From assembly GCA_965112155.1 (NCBI GenBank), contig OZ218103.1: a stretch of DNA of 64,000 nucleotides; one strand, written 5' to 3'. Numbering within the stretch: position 1 is the first letter of the stretch; the number at the start of each line of letters is the position of its first letter. The DNA comes from Podarcis liolepis. Its lineage: Eukaryota. Made by a program: the position numbers and the translations under genes. Positions 1 to 15,277 of this stretch are shown here, piece by piece. The notes beneath the pieces were generated by a model. The model did no database searches. It saw nothing but the letters and a program-made list of their open reading frames with translations, and had not been told where the DNA came from.

Positions 1-390
1 AAGGGGGCCTTTGCGACCCCGACACGTGTCTCCCCATCCTCACGTTTCTTCCTTGAACCTCTTTCACGCTACCTCTGTGAGGAGCCGCGTTTGAACTCCT
101 CGCCTCGGTGGCGTCCGGCGTGGGATAAGGGGTGAGGCCCGTGAGAAGAAAGGGGCTCCTCACGGCCGTGTCTTCCCTCCCCGCCGTCGTGTGAATGGGC
201 ACACAGACCTCTCTTTCTCTCTCACTCCCCCCCCCCCCCCAGCCATGAGGTTCAACGGGGAGGGATGACCCTGCGGCCAGTTTTTGCTTCTGCTGCTTTA
301 TTTCTAGGCCCCGGTCGAAGGGGAAGGTTTGGAGTGGCTCTTTTGAAACATCGGGGGAAGTCATCCCTTCAGAGGGCTTCAGGGCGCTCC
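1..390. promoter_or_regulatory. 3' edge of the SARS1 promoter CpG island (start of intron 1)
   Basis: GC- and CpG-rich start of the window fading into AT-rich sequence. SARS1 exon 2 lies 1.3 kb downstream and exon 1 is not in the window. Confidence 0.6.
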
Positions 391-1619
391 CATCTGTCTT
401 CCCCACCCCTCCCAAAAGTGTAGGGTGTTGTTGTTTTAATTGTATTTCCCAATTAGGGTTTTCCTCTTCTCTTCGCTGTCCTCTCTGGTGTTTCACAGCT
501 GCATTGCCCTTTAAATGGACGGGCTTGCGATTTGGCAGGACGCTGTTCAGGCATTGGTGCTGCCTAGTCTGATGCAATCCTGCTGTAACCAGCATCATAG
601 AAAGTGACTCTGGCACGCTAGAGCTCATATCAGCCGCAGCACTGCTTCATTTTCTGTGGGCATGTTTCCTTGCCAGCGATTTTGATAACTTGTGTTAAAT
701 GCCTTTTACATTGTGCTTTACATTGTGACAAAGTGTTGGTAATATTGCCTGTGATGAAAGATGTGCTTTATTCCCTCTAACCAGAAAATGAGGGGCAGGG
801 GGGGGGGAGGAAATGGAATGGGCCTGTCACTTCAGGTGCCTGAGACCACTGCTACTCATTTAGAATCAGATGGAGGTTCACCATATGATCCTATGCCCCA
901 AACCATCTCTCCTAGACTTCATTTTCAATATCTCCAGTATGCGGGTAGTGAGGAGTCTATGAAATGATATAGAATTCAAATTGTAATATAATAAAATACA
1001 AGATATACTAAATTAAAGAAGCCATCATTATAGAATTTAAAGTTATACAGCATCTAGCAGATTGTGTTTAAGTTGCTGTAGAAATCATTAAGTGATTTCT
1101 AAGACCTTTAGCAGTTTTCAAGTAAAGCATTGCCATCAAGTACAGCGTTGGCTGCTGTCTGTATATGGAAATTTTGGAAGTAGGATGAGGAATACTTTGA
1201 AATATATATATCCAGCAACAATAACAACTAAAATAAAAATGAGATATTCAATTTATGCTAAACTTCATTTTACTGTACCATGCAAAAATCATAATGAGTG
1301 TTCAGAATTGGAAGCTGCTTCCTTTGGTAGTGGGAGTGTTCTGTATTTGCAGGCCTCTGAATTGCATCTTCTTGCTGAGATTAAATGAGAAAAAGCATAT
1401 GCCATCACTTCCCATAATACTTTACAAACTACTATCCTTTCTCAGAGGTTGCCTGGGTATTGTAACTTTTGCGCAGTATCATGCATAATATAAGATAAAA
1501 TCTCCAGTTTAACAGAATGAACGTATTTTAATCTGTGCTACACCCATAGTAGCAGCAGCAGCCGCCAGATAGTTCAATAGACTTATGATTTTGTGTAGAA
1601 ACTTATCCTTTAAATGTAG

Positions 1620-1775
<156 letters not shown>

Positions 1776-1963
1776 TGATGTATGCCATTTTGTTTTGTGA
1801 TTAACTGTGCTAGAAAACATGTAGAGTTCAATCAGTGGCATGAAAAACGCCATTAGGGAAATAAAAGGATTGACAGATTGGGAGCTGTCCAGAAGAAAAG
1901 TGGTATGTCTGAGAGTATGATGATGAGGCAGCATGCTCAACTATACTATTAATTTTAATATTA

Positions 1964-2315
1964 AAGGTAAAGAGACCCCTGATCATTAGGTCCAGTCATG
2001 ACCGACTCTGGGGTTGCGGCGTTCATCTCGCTTTATTGGCCGAGGGAGCCGGCATACAGCTTCCGGGTCATGTGGCCAGCATGATTTAAGCCGCTTCTGG
2101 TGAACCAGAGCAGCGCACAGAAACACCATTTACCTTCCTGCCAGAGCGGTACCTATTTATCTACTTGCACTTTGATGTGCTTTCGAACTGCTAGGTTGGC
2201 AGGAGCTGGGACCAAGCAACGGGAGCTCACCCCGTTGCGGGGATTCGAACCACCGACCTTCTGATCAGCAAGTCCTAGGCTCTGTGGGTTTAACCCATAG
2301 TGCCACCCATGTCCC
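1964..2315 (-). mobile_element. Full-length Sauria SINE (lacertid type) in SARS1 intron 2
   Basis: tRNA-related head at the 2315 end (B-box GGTTCGAATCC on minus) and ACCTTT tail. 12-bp target-site duplication ATTTTAATATTA at 1952-1963 and 2316-2327. Confidence 0.9.
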
Positions 2316-3541
2316 ATTTTAATATTACGGAACACTAAAGCACAAAGAAGTTGTCAAGCTGAATTGAGCCCACTGTCATCTTAGGATCACAGTCTGATTC
2401 CCTCCCACCAAGCAATGAGACAGAATCACTTAGAACTGGGTGAGGGGAAAGTGAGTTTTATTTATTGACTGGCTTTTCAAACTGCCTTTCATACACAGAA
2501 TCTGAGGGGAGTGTACAAAATATATAAAAATACAATAAAATGACAAACCTATGGGCCCTCAGTAGCAGTTGTAAAATACAGATACCAAGACTTTAATCCT
2601 TGCAGCTAAATCCCTGAGAAAAGAATTGCATTTTAAGTAAAGAGTGGGATAACATTGCCCCTAATGAGAAGGAGTTCCACAAATGGGCATGTAATGACAG
2701 TGAGGGCCCACACGTGTTGGCAGGATCAGGAGACAGGCCTTCTCTTTTACTTATGAAGTAGATTTAGTATCTCCAAATTATTAATTTAACACTTCTGAAA
2801 GAGTACTTTTCCAGTTTTATTTCCAATTGATACTGTGTTGAAAAAATAAAGGGTGATACCAGATTTGTTTGTTTACTGCAGGGGTGGCTACCCTCTTCTG
2901 CCCAAAGGCTGCATTACCTTTTGACCATGCCTGCAAGGTCAGCATGGCCAAAGTAAAAGTGGGTGCGGCTAAAATGAACATGTACACCATCATCCTTTCA
3001 CGGGCATGCAGGACACACATACGCCACACACAGAGATCAATAACCTCCATTGGAACTCTATTTCCTCCCCGCATCCTTTCCCCAGTTTTACTCCTCAAGC
3101 TTGCAGGGCTTTAGAATGGAAATGATGGCATCAGAGGCTGCCTCTGCACAAAGTCCTCAGCACTGCCATGAAGAGCAGATTGTAATATTCCACCTGCTTC
3201 AGAGCACTCTGATGGTGGCAAAAATGGAATTGTGTATATGAAGAGGGGCTTCCTTGCACTGAGCCCTTAGTTCAGTCATGACTAAGTAGAACTTTGAAGG
3301 GGTCATTCTGTTCTCCTCACCCACATTAGAGCACTCCAGGAATTGCTGAGAGAGAACATGGCAATGATATGTATGATGGATATTTTATAATCTTTACTAG
3401 GAAATGTAAACCAATGATCTAGGCAGGTCTGCATTTGTACAATATTTGTACAAATACAACCTGCATTTGTAGAATATTTTTGTTCTATCGCTTTTTTATT
3501 TGCCAATTGATTGCTTTTTTTTTGTATTTCTACATATATAG

Positions 3542-3622
3542 AAAAAGGAGCCAGTAGGAAATGATGACCACATACCAGAAAATGCACAAAATCTCGATGA
3601 ACTTACAGCAGACATCTTAGCA
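3542..3622 (+). CDS. SARS1: Seryl-tRNA synthetase 1, exon 3
   Basis: tatag| KKEPVGNDDHIPENAQNLDELTADILA |gtaagt, 81 nt, phase 0-0. Confidence 0.93.
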
Positions 3623-6600
3623 GTAAGTTATTTTCAACTAGTTTCTTACTTGACCATTCACTGGTTTACAGTGTATTGTATCTGTGAAATATACTCTGGT
3701 GTTTGCTTTTCGCCTCACCCATGTCACTTGTGCAGCTTCAGATTGGGTGAGGAGCGTGTGTGAACAAGAAAATATGTTAATTGCATTCTGATTCTTTTGT
3801 TCCCTTGCACTATATTAATTGATCAGTTACCAACTGGTCTCTAATGTTGGAGCTGTGGTAATTCTCTCCCTATGCAGGTTAGCTAGTGGATTTTAAAGTG
3901 TGTTTTTTCACCTCTCTTATACCCTGAGCTGAAATACAATTTTGGGGGAGGGGTGGATCTGTAATTTGCCCCTCACTCTGCTAGTTCATCCTTTTCTCAT
4001 GGGCAAGAGAACTGTGAGGCTTGCCTGTTGTCCACTGCTCAGTCAAGCGGCTATGGATGCTGAGGTTTAGGAAGCTCCTCATCTCCCCTTCCTGCTGTAG
4101 AACAGAGGGAGTGGCATGGCCGGTTCAGCTCTGTGTGGACCATTTGGCTTGGCAGCATTGGAGCCAAACTATTCCCAGCGTTCTTCCAAGTCTTAGAGCT
4201 AAGGAAGGGGTGGATTTGCTGCATAACTGCTGGGATGACCCCAACATGTCAACCTGGGAATAAAACTCGGGTCACTATACTTGCCAACAGTGACGGCTAA
4301 TTTACCCTAGCATAGTGAGTGAAAATGTAGGAGCCTATGTTAGAGTAAGGACCAAACTAGATAAGATGTCAGGAGATCTGCAGTCGGGTCTCCTGATGCA
4401 TTTTTTTTATCAAAGGAGTCTGTGGAAGGAATTTGATTGTGGAAACAATGCTAAAGGAAATTGTTTAACCATTTCCCTCTGCACCCTTTCCTAACTAAAT
4501 TCTCGCTCTCCTCCCCAAAGCTCCTATTTGCCCCAAGATGGAAAGTATATAGGTTCCCTGTATGAGTATATGCACGTACAACCAGGAGCTTTGAATCTGT
4601 AGGAAAAAACATAAAGAATTTTGGTTTTATTAATTGGCCTAGTAAAGTTTGTATTAATAGCTATATTGATGAATAACAAATTGTTTATTCAGGACAGTTG
4701 TTTGCAATTGTAGTTTAAAGAGAAGTATTGTGTCTTCCTTATGTTGTCTAGGATTTGGCCCATTAAGGTTTTATTATGTTTCAGAAAGTTTGTATAGACG
4801 ATAATTACGTTGTAATAAAGAAGTTTACAATAAAAAAATGAGGATTTTTGGAACATATTTATTCCTTAACTTTGTTTCTGACTGATTGAGGACTGAATCC
4901 ATTGTGTATACTATACTTCTGCTTCCATATATAGCCAGACACATTTTGTTGAACTGTTAACCTGTATTCAGTACAGTTGTTATGCTGGTGGTCCAGAGAA
5001 ACCTAAAAATGTTTTTCTGGGTGCCTCAAATTAATTCTAAAATTACATTGGGAAGATTTTGGATTATATTCGACTGTCATGTAAAAAGCACTTAAAGTGT
5101 GAGCACTGAACTAAAAACAATAAGTCCTCTTATGCTACTGAAACAATTTATAGTGGGGTGACTTTAGGCCACCACTATCTCACAGTATAACCTATTCCAT
5201 AGGGTTATTTTGAATATAAAATGGTGAAGGAGAAACATGTACACCACCTGGTGGTCCTTAGAGAAAAGCTGGATATAAGTGTAACAATATTTTTTTAAAA
5301 GGATGTGTGTTTACTATCGAGCAATAGATCATCACAGAGATTTCATACTTGCTATTGTCCCAGAAGCAGCTGCTTTTCTGGATATAGAATAAGCCAATGC
5401 AGAGATTCAGTAGGAAGCACAGCTTGCACTGTCTGTGCAGCTGTAGTAAAAAAAAAGAATAAGAAGCTAAGCCTCCTGCCTTGCACAATCGTTTGTCCAG
5501 GCACCAGCTGCTGGGCATACATCTTCTGCCATTTTGATAACTCCACAAGTCACAGAATTTCTCCCTCACACTGCAGCCTTGCAGCTGCTACTACAGATAC
5601 TATAAAAGCTTTATATCCGAGAGCAGTTAATTTACCATCTATTGTATGTTCAGCTCTACTACACTGTGATAGTGGACCTCTGCCCTAGAACTTGCTTCCT
5701 CATTTTATTCCTTTCAGCAACAAGCCAAAGTATTTTATACCTCTGGTTTTTTTTATAGGGTTGTTGTTTTGGATTGTTGTTTTTCTGCTGATATTCGTTG
5801 GTTACGTTATTTTAATTATTGCTTTATTTTGTGTTTTACTAGTAAGCCACCCTGACAATAGGAATAAAATGTGTTGGTAGAGGAATTTAATAAGTAAACT
5901 ATTTGCCATGTTTCTTGTTGCATTACTCATTTTGCCATAAAAGCAGAAAAATTGTGAAGAAGATAGGTAGAGGGCTTCGTATGCCAATTGGCACCTTTTG
6001 TTAGCAAGCACACTCTGAAGTGAGAAAGATCCTGTATATACTAATAGCAAACATGCTTTCTGAGTGTAGGTACTTATACAGCCAAAACAGCATTGTCCAT
6101 GCACAAGAGAGAAGCATCAGCAGGCTTTGGAAAACACCAAGGTTTCCAGATGTCTCAAAAAGTGAGGGCAGGGCAGGACGGGATGTATGGGAAGGAACCG
6201 CAGTGAGGACCAAGCTTGTTCGGTGGGCACAAAATGCTGACAGTTAGCAGGGTGGCAGTGGAATGGAGTATCTTGGAAAAAGACATGGCTAGCTTGCTGT
6301 GGTCCTGAACAGAAGCCCTCCACCGTATGGTATTTTATTGCGGAGCCCAATCTTCTGTTATGATAATAAAAACTGAGCAGTAGCACAAAGCATTCTTGCA
6401 CAGGATACTGTGCTGACATGAGTTTTGGATCAGAAACTTCATCAATCAACCATTGTCTTGTCCTTTGGCCCCTAATTTGTGCCACTCTAAGACTTACATG
6501 TCTGTAATGCATAATGCAAAGCTAGTCCTTGATGAGGCTTTCTATGTGTGAGCCAAAGATCTTATCTGAGTTTCTGCTGGTAGTAAACCAGGTATTGTCT

Positions 6601-6674
6601 TTTACCCTGAGTCCCATAGAACCAACATTGGTTCTTGGTGATGCTAGACCACCGGCTGAAATGTGAAACTGTAG

Positions 6675-6968
<294 letters not shown>

Positions 6969-8020
6969 TGAAAGACAGTGTGTGGTTTGGTTGTTACAGC
7001 CTTGTGCATCACTATTAAACTGTCCTGCTGGTAGGGTGGGGAGACGGCAAGCTGAAGGTATAAAGTCCTGAGGGTGTGAGACAGTACATCCTAGGTGAGG
7101 AGGTTGAGAAGTTTATGCAATTTGTATTCTAAAACAGTGTTCCCCATAGAAAAGAAAGTCACAAATGGAAAAAAAAATCCCAAATAAGCACAAAACCCTG
7201 ATCTTGTTTAGGAAATGTATGGGAAACAGACTTAGGCTGGAATTCAACATCATGGTATTACAAATGTCGCATCTGTGCAAGCATATCAACCTGCCAGGTG
7301 GAACAGTCTCCCCTCCCCCATGTGCTATTCTGGTGGTTCTCCCGACACCCACCCACCCCCTGAGACAATTTCGGGGGGTGCAGGTCTCATGCAACAGGAA
7401 GGCCCGTTGTGCAAGTGAAAGTCCCTGCATTAGGCTTCCACTGGCAGGGCCCCTTAGGTGAATCCTACCCATGATGTGTGGCTTGGAACCAACCATTTGT
7501 CCAACAAGACAATATTTTGTTTAATAATACTATTTAGTGAGTCTGATACAGTACTGGGCTGGTTGGATTTTGCATTGGAATAATTGCCTAAGAGTGTTGC
7601 CATGGAGACGTCATACTCATTCCAGTTGTTGGCAAGTAGTAATTTTGAAAGCACTTAAGAGAGTTGCTGGGTGCTTCTGTGACAGCTCTGCAGGAAACTA
7701 AAAGACCATCAGATCTATTCCTTGCTTCCTCTGCATCTCAGCCCCTTCTCCAGGGCAGAGCAAACCCACACACCACCTTCTCTTCAGTCAGCCTATAGGA
7801 TGCAGATGGCAGCATGCCACAAGTAGAGAGCAAATGCAGTGCAGGAAGCTTCTGGCAATTGTAAGTGCTACTGTGCAAGCAAATACCAGCCAGGATTGTG
7901 CATGTGAACACATACAATTAAATCATGGATGAGATAATCAGATAATTGGATTGATATTGTTTCTATTGGGATGTTCAAAGGCCTAGAACAAAACTTTCTC
8001 CCTTTTTATCACATGGGTAG

Positions 8021-8173
<153 letters not shown>

Positions 8174-8416
8174 TAACTTCTTAATCATTGCTATTTATAG
8201 GACTGGGAGAATTGGGATCCCAGAAGAAAACTTATTTATTTTGAAAATTGTACCTTGCTTTTCAAAGCCAAAACACCACCTTCACAAAGTGGTTTGTTTA
8301 ATATCTAAGCTGTAGAAGACTGTCAGAATACAACGTTCCTGCCAGTGCCGTTTCAAAATGTGGGTTCTCGGGAGCAGAATATTCACTTACCTACTTTCTT
8401 CTTTGTTGTTCTATAG

Positions 8417-8572
8417 GGTGCCCTGGTTTTTCTAGAGCAAGCTCTCATCCAGTATGCCCTGCAGACGCTACGTAGCAAAGGTTACACCCCTGTTTATACC
8501 CCTTTCTTCATGAGAAAAGAGGTGATGCAGGAAGTGGCCCAGCTAAGCCAGTTCGATGAAGAGCTCTACAAG
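8417..8572 (+). CDS. SARS1: Seryl-tRNA synthetase 1, exon 6 (class II motif 1 region)
   Basis: ctatag| [52 protein letters not shown] |gtaagg, 156 nt. Confidence 0.97.
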
Positions 8573-9090
8573 GTAAGGTGGGAAGGGTAAAATTACTGTT
8601 TTAGTAGCAAACTCTATAAGCTTCTAGAAAAGTGTTGTGTTGCTTCCCTTAATGTCCCTGGAGCCATGTGGAATTTTTCAAATACTGCTGGTAAACTTTC
8701 AGTCAGATAATTGACTGTATTTCAATATTTGTCCTTCATTTCAAATTGCTGCACACTTCTTTAGGAAGCATTTCTACCATCAGCCACAGTCAGTGCTAAT
8801 AATTTATGATAATGAAAAGGAATGTTGTGTTGATAGGTTAAAGGTTTTGTTAACATTGTTTCTAATCATCACAGGCATTGTGCCATGTCTTCCCCATTTT
8901 CTGATCCACAAGTACTTAACTGTTTGTCATTGGGCGTCAGAATGGTTAGTGATGTTTTCATATGAAAGGTAATTAATGTAGCTAAGTTGTAGCTAAGCAA
9001 CAACTTAGAAAAGCAATCATAGAAGAAATTATATGATCCAGTGAACCAGTAATTTAGCTCACAAGGGCTTTCATTGGAATGGTCCACTGA

Positions 9091-9552
<462 letters not shown>

Positions 9553-10010
9553 TAACTGAACAGAAGTTGTTCCACTCACACAATGACTTTGCTTGGGTCA
9601 ATCCCCAGATAGTGTGTGTTTTTCAGCGATGTGCTGTTGAAGAAGTTTGCATTGTTGAAATGTATTGGGCAATTGAAATGAAATTGGTGTTCCTCTGTAA
9701 CAGTTTATGTCAATTGAAAGTGTTGTCTATATTCAGTAGGAGACCGATAACTATTTTTCTCTGTCTCAGTAGTACTTAGAAGCTGGCTTATGTTTGGTAA
9801 CTGAATGTTGTGTTTGGTTGCATTAGGCTGTTGGGTTACATTCAACTCCATTTTATGATTGTGTTCAGAAGTTTTATTTCGTTGTTTTTTCTTGGTAAGG
9901 ATATCTGTAGTAAAATTTGCAGGGTCCCCCCCCCCGACTTTTCATGCTGTCAAAAGCTTGGGAATATAAGCATTGTTCCCAAAGGAACTGATTTTAGGGG
10001 TTGATGTTAA

Positions 10011-10292
<282 letters not shown>

Positions 10293-10634
10293 TAATTTGC
10301 AGCCTAATCTATGTTTGGTTTCTCAAAGTTAAATCTTTCAGTGTTCATTGTGGCCTGCACCCTAGAAAGTGTGCACACAATTGCACCTGACAGCCAGTAA
10401 TCTCTGGTCATTTGCATCAGGATTTATTTGCTCTTAATTGTAAGATCTGTAGTATCTCAGCATGCAGCCATGTACTCATGTTTATTGTCCAGACTAACAC
10501 ACATTCTAATTGAGGGAAATGACCATAGATCTCCTTGTTACTCTTGGTTTCATTCTGTATCTCCAAAACTATGAGTGGGGTGAGAAAGGCACATCTTTCA
10601 GTTCCCATTATTAGAACACTGAATCAGTACTTAA

Positions 10635-10889
<255 letters not shown>

Positions 10890-11836
10890 TAATTATTTGG
10901 GTTCTTAAGAAGGTGCTGCTGTTTACCCATGTAGCCTTCAGGAAAACATCTGCCTTTTTGCTTTAGTCTGATAAGTTTTTTCTATTCGCCATCTGAGTTG
11001 ATTGTCCCAATAGGTTGCAACTTTGAGTCCTTGCTAGGGAGACAAGTTGGCAGTAATGTTGATTCTGGAGATCTAGCAAAAGTTGGAAAGGCCCTGTTAA
11101 TTTCCATAATTTCCCATAAAGATCCAGGTTTTCTGCCTGTCATTTTGTCTCACTACTTCTTCTGTGATTCTGCCATGGAAGTGACCAGTTTGAGAATGGT
11201 CCACTTGCCAGTTCAGAATTAACTGACTGCTACCAAGGAGCCCTAGGATTGCTTTCTTGAAAAAAGTAAAAAATGTAATCCCTTAAAATTATGAAGAGTG
11301 TAGAAATGGAAACCTGAAGAATGAATAATCATTGGGCTTTCCTTTTCTTTTTTAGATTTATTTTTAATTTGAAAGACAGAGGTTGTATCCAGTGAAGTCA
11401 AACAACCCCTAATAGTTACTTGGTGTTCAGATATTGGACATTAGTAAACAAACCAAGATTCATACAAACACATTTAAAGGCAAAGCTCAGTTATTTTCAT
11501 TCTCACAATTATCACAGAAAAGGAGGATGTTATCTAGTTCAACTAACAGTGCAATCTACCTTGCTGCTTCTAAAATGTTTAGATAAGGAAGTCTGTTGCA
11601 AAGTGATTGGTTAAGCTAAGCTAGAAAATGTTAGTTGTAGTGTTCCTAAATTGGAACAACTATTTATTAGACTGAAGGCTCTGCCTTTTCAGATGACTGA
11701 GTAACAGAATGACAGATTAGGTTTATTGGAATGGTTATTTTGGAGATGGTATTTATCCTCTTCAAAAATGTGTTTTCTTGCTGCTGCTTTTACTTGCTTT
11801 TACTTACTGAGAACATGAAATGTTCTGCCCTCAAAG

Positions 11837-11966
11837 GTGGAGTTTGTGCATATGCTCAATGCCACGATGTGTGCTACAACACGTGCTATATGTGCCATCC
11901 TTGAGAATTACCAGACAGAGGAAGGAATCATTGTACCAGAGAAATTAAGGGACTTCATGCCACCAG
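11837..11966 (+). CDS. SARS1: Seryl-tRNA synthetase 1, exon 10 (motif 3)
   Basis: tcaaag| [43 protein letters not shown](G) |gtaata, 130 nt. Confidence 0.97.
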
Positions 11967-12439
11967 GTAATAAAAAGAAAATGCTTGTTGCCCTCCCCAT
12001 AGCCATCCATAATTATTTATTTTATACCGTCTAATCGTCCTTGTTGTCTGAGCCGAATAACTCTTCTCAACTCATAAAACAATTGTGACAATTTCCTCCT
12101 GTCTAGAGTAAAGGGTTATATCTAAACAAAGAGAATTCATTACAGTTGCTATTTTTACTGACCCATAACATTTCAAAAGGAGCAGTATGTAAGAGGATGC
12201 AGGTGGGTCTCTCTGGTCCTTGGCTGGAAAAGGGTGGGCAAGCTCAGATGTGCTGTCCCTAACACTGTCTCCTTTACTTTGTTCAAGGACATGGAGTAAA
12301 TTAATCAAGGTGACTTGGTGTGTAAGATTGGTGTGATGTGTGAGAACAGATGGAGGATTATTGTTGATACTTCCTTTGTAGAAGTTTGGCCCTGGTGTGT
12401 TCACTCTGTTATCTTGCTCTGCCTTCTTCCTCCTTTTAG

Positions 12440-12597
12440 GCTTGAAAGAAATGATAAAATTTGTAAAACCTGCTCCTATTGATCAGGAACTTTCCAAGAA
12501 GCAGAAGAAACAGCATGAGGGAAGCAAAAAGAAATCGGCTGGTGGGGACTGTGCACTGGAAGGAAAGATGCAGAACATGGATGTGAACAGTCCCTAA
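12440..12597 (+). CDS. SARS1: Seryl-tRNA synthetase 1, last coding exon with the vertebrate UNE-S domain and NLS
   Basis: ttttag| (G)[31 protein letters not shown]...[21 protein letters not shown] is the basic UNE-S nuclear localisation signal. Confidence 0.96.
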
Positions 12598-13099
12598 AAG
12601 GGATCTACGTATGTGTTACTTTTTCTGAGATTGCACAGTTTAGTGCATAAAGCTGCAGGGGGTCCTGGATATGAATTCCTGCTTTGTCTCATCCCTCCTG
12701 TCACCATGGGCAAGTTACTTTTTTCCATCTCGGCTTCCACCCTCTGTAGCCTGGGAAGATGCTCCTTCCCATGCTGGCTCTGAGGATCCACTGGTGTTTG
12801 TTTTCACATTGAATGTGGAAAGCACTAGAGGTGCTGACCAGTTCCCCAGAAGTCTGTATGTCTTACATTATGTTAATTATCTACGGAAACAGTTTCTATT
12901 CAAACCCCTAGTTGCAAATCCAAGCAGAGGGAACAAACTGCTATATCATGTTTATTTGCTGAAAATCTCTGCTGAGCAGAAGCAACACTGGGATAAAGCA
13001 AAGATCAAAAGGGAAAATAAGTATAGGCATGAGGCATTTTACTGTAAAGACAGTCTTTGCATAGTCATAGGATTTTACCTGATATGGTGGCACTCAGTG

Positions 13100-13105
13100 A
13101 ATAAA
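13100..13105 (+). terminator. Probable SARS1 polyadenylation signal
   Basis: AATAAA about 500 nt after the stop codon, followed by a T/GT-rich tract at about 13125-13170. Confidence 0.7.
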
Positions 13106-14091
13106 GCAAGCATTGAAAAAAAATGATGCTTTTCTCAGTTGTATTTTATGACTTCTGTATTTCTTGGATTCCTTTAACAACATTACTTGTATCTGCTCGC
13201 ATATGAAGCGGACTGTTTTACACAGATGTGTAAGCGGCCATAGTTTGCAGATATGAAATGCAGGTTAATAGAACCCAACTTTTTGTTTTGTGTTAGTACT
13301 GGCCTATTAGCTGTATGCCTTCAAATACATTTGTGCAATACTTCCATGTCAGCATCATAACTTGGCCTGTATCTTCCATTTACCTCAGTTATCTGTAATT
13401 TTCTGGATATTTAATTCATTCAAATTGTAATATTTAATAATATCTGTGGAATTTGCATAGCAAAAAGGAATCCCATATCAGATGAAAGATAGAAATGGAG
13501 AGTGCATGTCACCAAGCTTTTAGCACTCTAGGATGCAATTAATCTGGTCCTAAAGACTTGAACTCATCTAACATAGATGAGTATTTCCTGGCCAGCTCCT
13601 TATCAATCTGGAATTTCAGTCCTACCCTCTTAACTGTTCAGGTTACCTATATGAGATTGCACAGGGTTCCTCTTTGGAGAGAAGACACAAAGGTAAATAG
13701 GAGTTGAGCAATTAGCTCAAACACTAAGCAGTTGTCTGGAGAAGGTGGAATGTCCAGGCATCTTCCATTCATATCAGAGGTGAAGAAACAGCATTTTACA
13801 AGCTTCAAACAGCAATTTCCTTGCTGGGAAAATTTCCTGCCATCGCTAAACTTCCATTCCTTTTTTATGTATCTTTGGGTTGTGTTGACCTATCCATATC
13901 TGACATCACTGGTGACCAACAAAACACTCCTTCCACTCCAGTGCACTTAAAAAAATCATCAAGGATTTTCTTTCCTTTAATGTAGCTTTTTCAATAACCT
14001 GAAAGAAGTTATCAGATCAACAGTAGGAGGGACCTTTTTGAGCTACCCAGGGGAAATTTGGTCCATTAATCCAATTACATCTACTCTTGAG

Positions 14092-14208
14092 TATCTGAAG
14101 AAGTGTGCATGGACACAAAAGCTTAAACCCAGAACAAACTTAGTTGATCTCGTAAGGTGCTACTGGACAATTTTTTTTTACTGCATCAGACCAACACGTC
14201 TACCTACC
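14092..14208 (+). mobile_element. Penelope-like element terminal fragment
   Basis: ctgaagaagtgtgcat...tagttgatctcgtaaggtgctactgga...ccaacacg pattern recognised as a common squamate Penelope-type terminus. Related pieces at about 54590-54676, 55213-55300 and 58113-58235. Confidence 0.55.
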
Positions 14209-14766
14209 TAAGCAGAACATCGTTGGAGACAACCCATGTCTTTTTAGGGAAGAGGCTGCAAAAGGGCCAGAATTTTCCCCTATAAGTAAGCTTGAGAGGC
14301 ATGCTTTCGTCTTACCAGCTGGTGGCAATAGAGACACCATTTCTCCATCATTGGTGCTTTCCCTTTCATACAAAAGGCAAAGAAATCCCTGTTGGTTGAT
14401 AAGGAGGGGAAACCTAGAGTCAGACAATTATGTTTATCAGGACCAACCAGTATGTCAATATAGCTAGCTCTCCAATAACACTCTAATAGACGAGCTGTTA
14501 AACTCGTGCAGTGGGAGGGGAAATGGTACCCCTGATTGATGTTGTACCCACAAAGTTTGCATTTAGTCATGGTCTTAAGATTAAGGTAAGAGGAAATAAC
14601 AAAGTTGCAGTTTACTTGCTAAGTCCAACTTAATTCAGTAGGATTTCCTCCCATCTAAATCAGTGTAGGATGCAGCTTGTTCGTGCCTAGTCGTGCTGCT
14701 GATGAGCAGAAAAAATACAGTTTCTTAAATAGTTTCCTAGATTGAAAAAACAGAACAGAAATAGTG

Positions 14767-15088
14767 GAATCATAGAATTTTAGAGTTGGAAGGTGTCCCA
14801 AGAGTCATCTAGTCCAACTCCCTGCTATGCAGGAACCTCAACTAAAGCATCCATGACAAATGGCCATCCAGCCTTTGCTTCAAAATCTCCAAGGACGGAG
14901 AGTCCACAACCTCTTGAGGGAGACTGTTCCACTGTCAAACAGCTCTTAACTGTCAGAAAGTTTTTCCTGATGTTTAGTTGGAATCTCCTCTCTTGTAACT
15001 TGAATCCATTGGTTTGAGTCCTGTCCTCCAAAGCAGGAGAAAACAAACTTGTTCCCTCTTCCATATGACAGCTCTCAAGATGGCTATA
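14767..15088 (-). mobile_element. CR1 LINE 3' fragment
   Basis: Minus-strand translation CHMEEGTSLFSPALEDRTQTNGFKLQERRFQLNIRKNFLTV is CR1 ORF2 C-terminus-like, ending in a CR1 ATTCTRTG-type tail. Confidence 0.85.
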
Positions 15089-15277
15089 GATGTTGGGAAA
15101 GATTGAGGGCACAAGGAGAAGGGGATGACGGAGGACGAGATGGTTGGACAGTGTTCTTGAGGCTACTAACATGAGTTTGACCAAACTGGGAGGCAGTAGA
15201 AGACACGAGTGCCTGGCATGCTCTGGTCCATGGGGTCACGAAGAGTCGGACATGACTAAATGACTAAACAACAACAA
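15089..15277 (+). mobile_element. Bov-B (RTE) LINE 3' end
   Basis: MLGKIEGTRRRG...RWLD-like ORF end, then gtccatggggtcacgaagagtcggac and a (CAA)n tail. Confidence 0.85.

Noticed and set aside
12671-13126. 151-aa ORF after the SARS1 stop
   Set aside because: Lies in the 3' UTR, crosses the poly(A) signal, and has no recognisable homology
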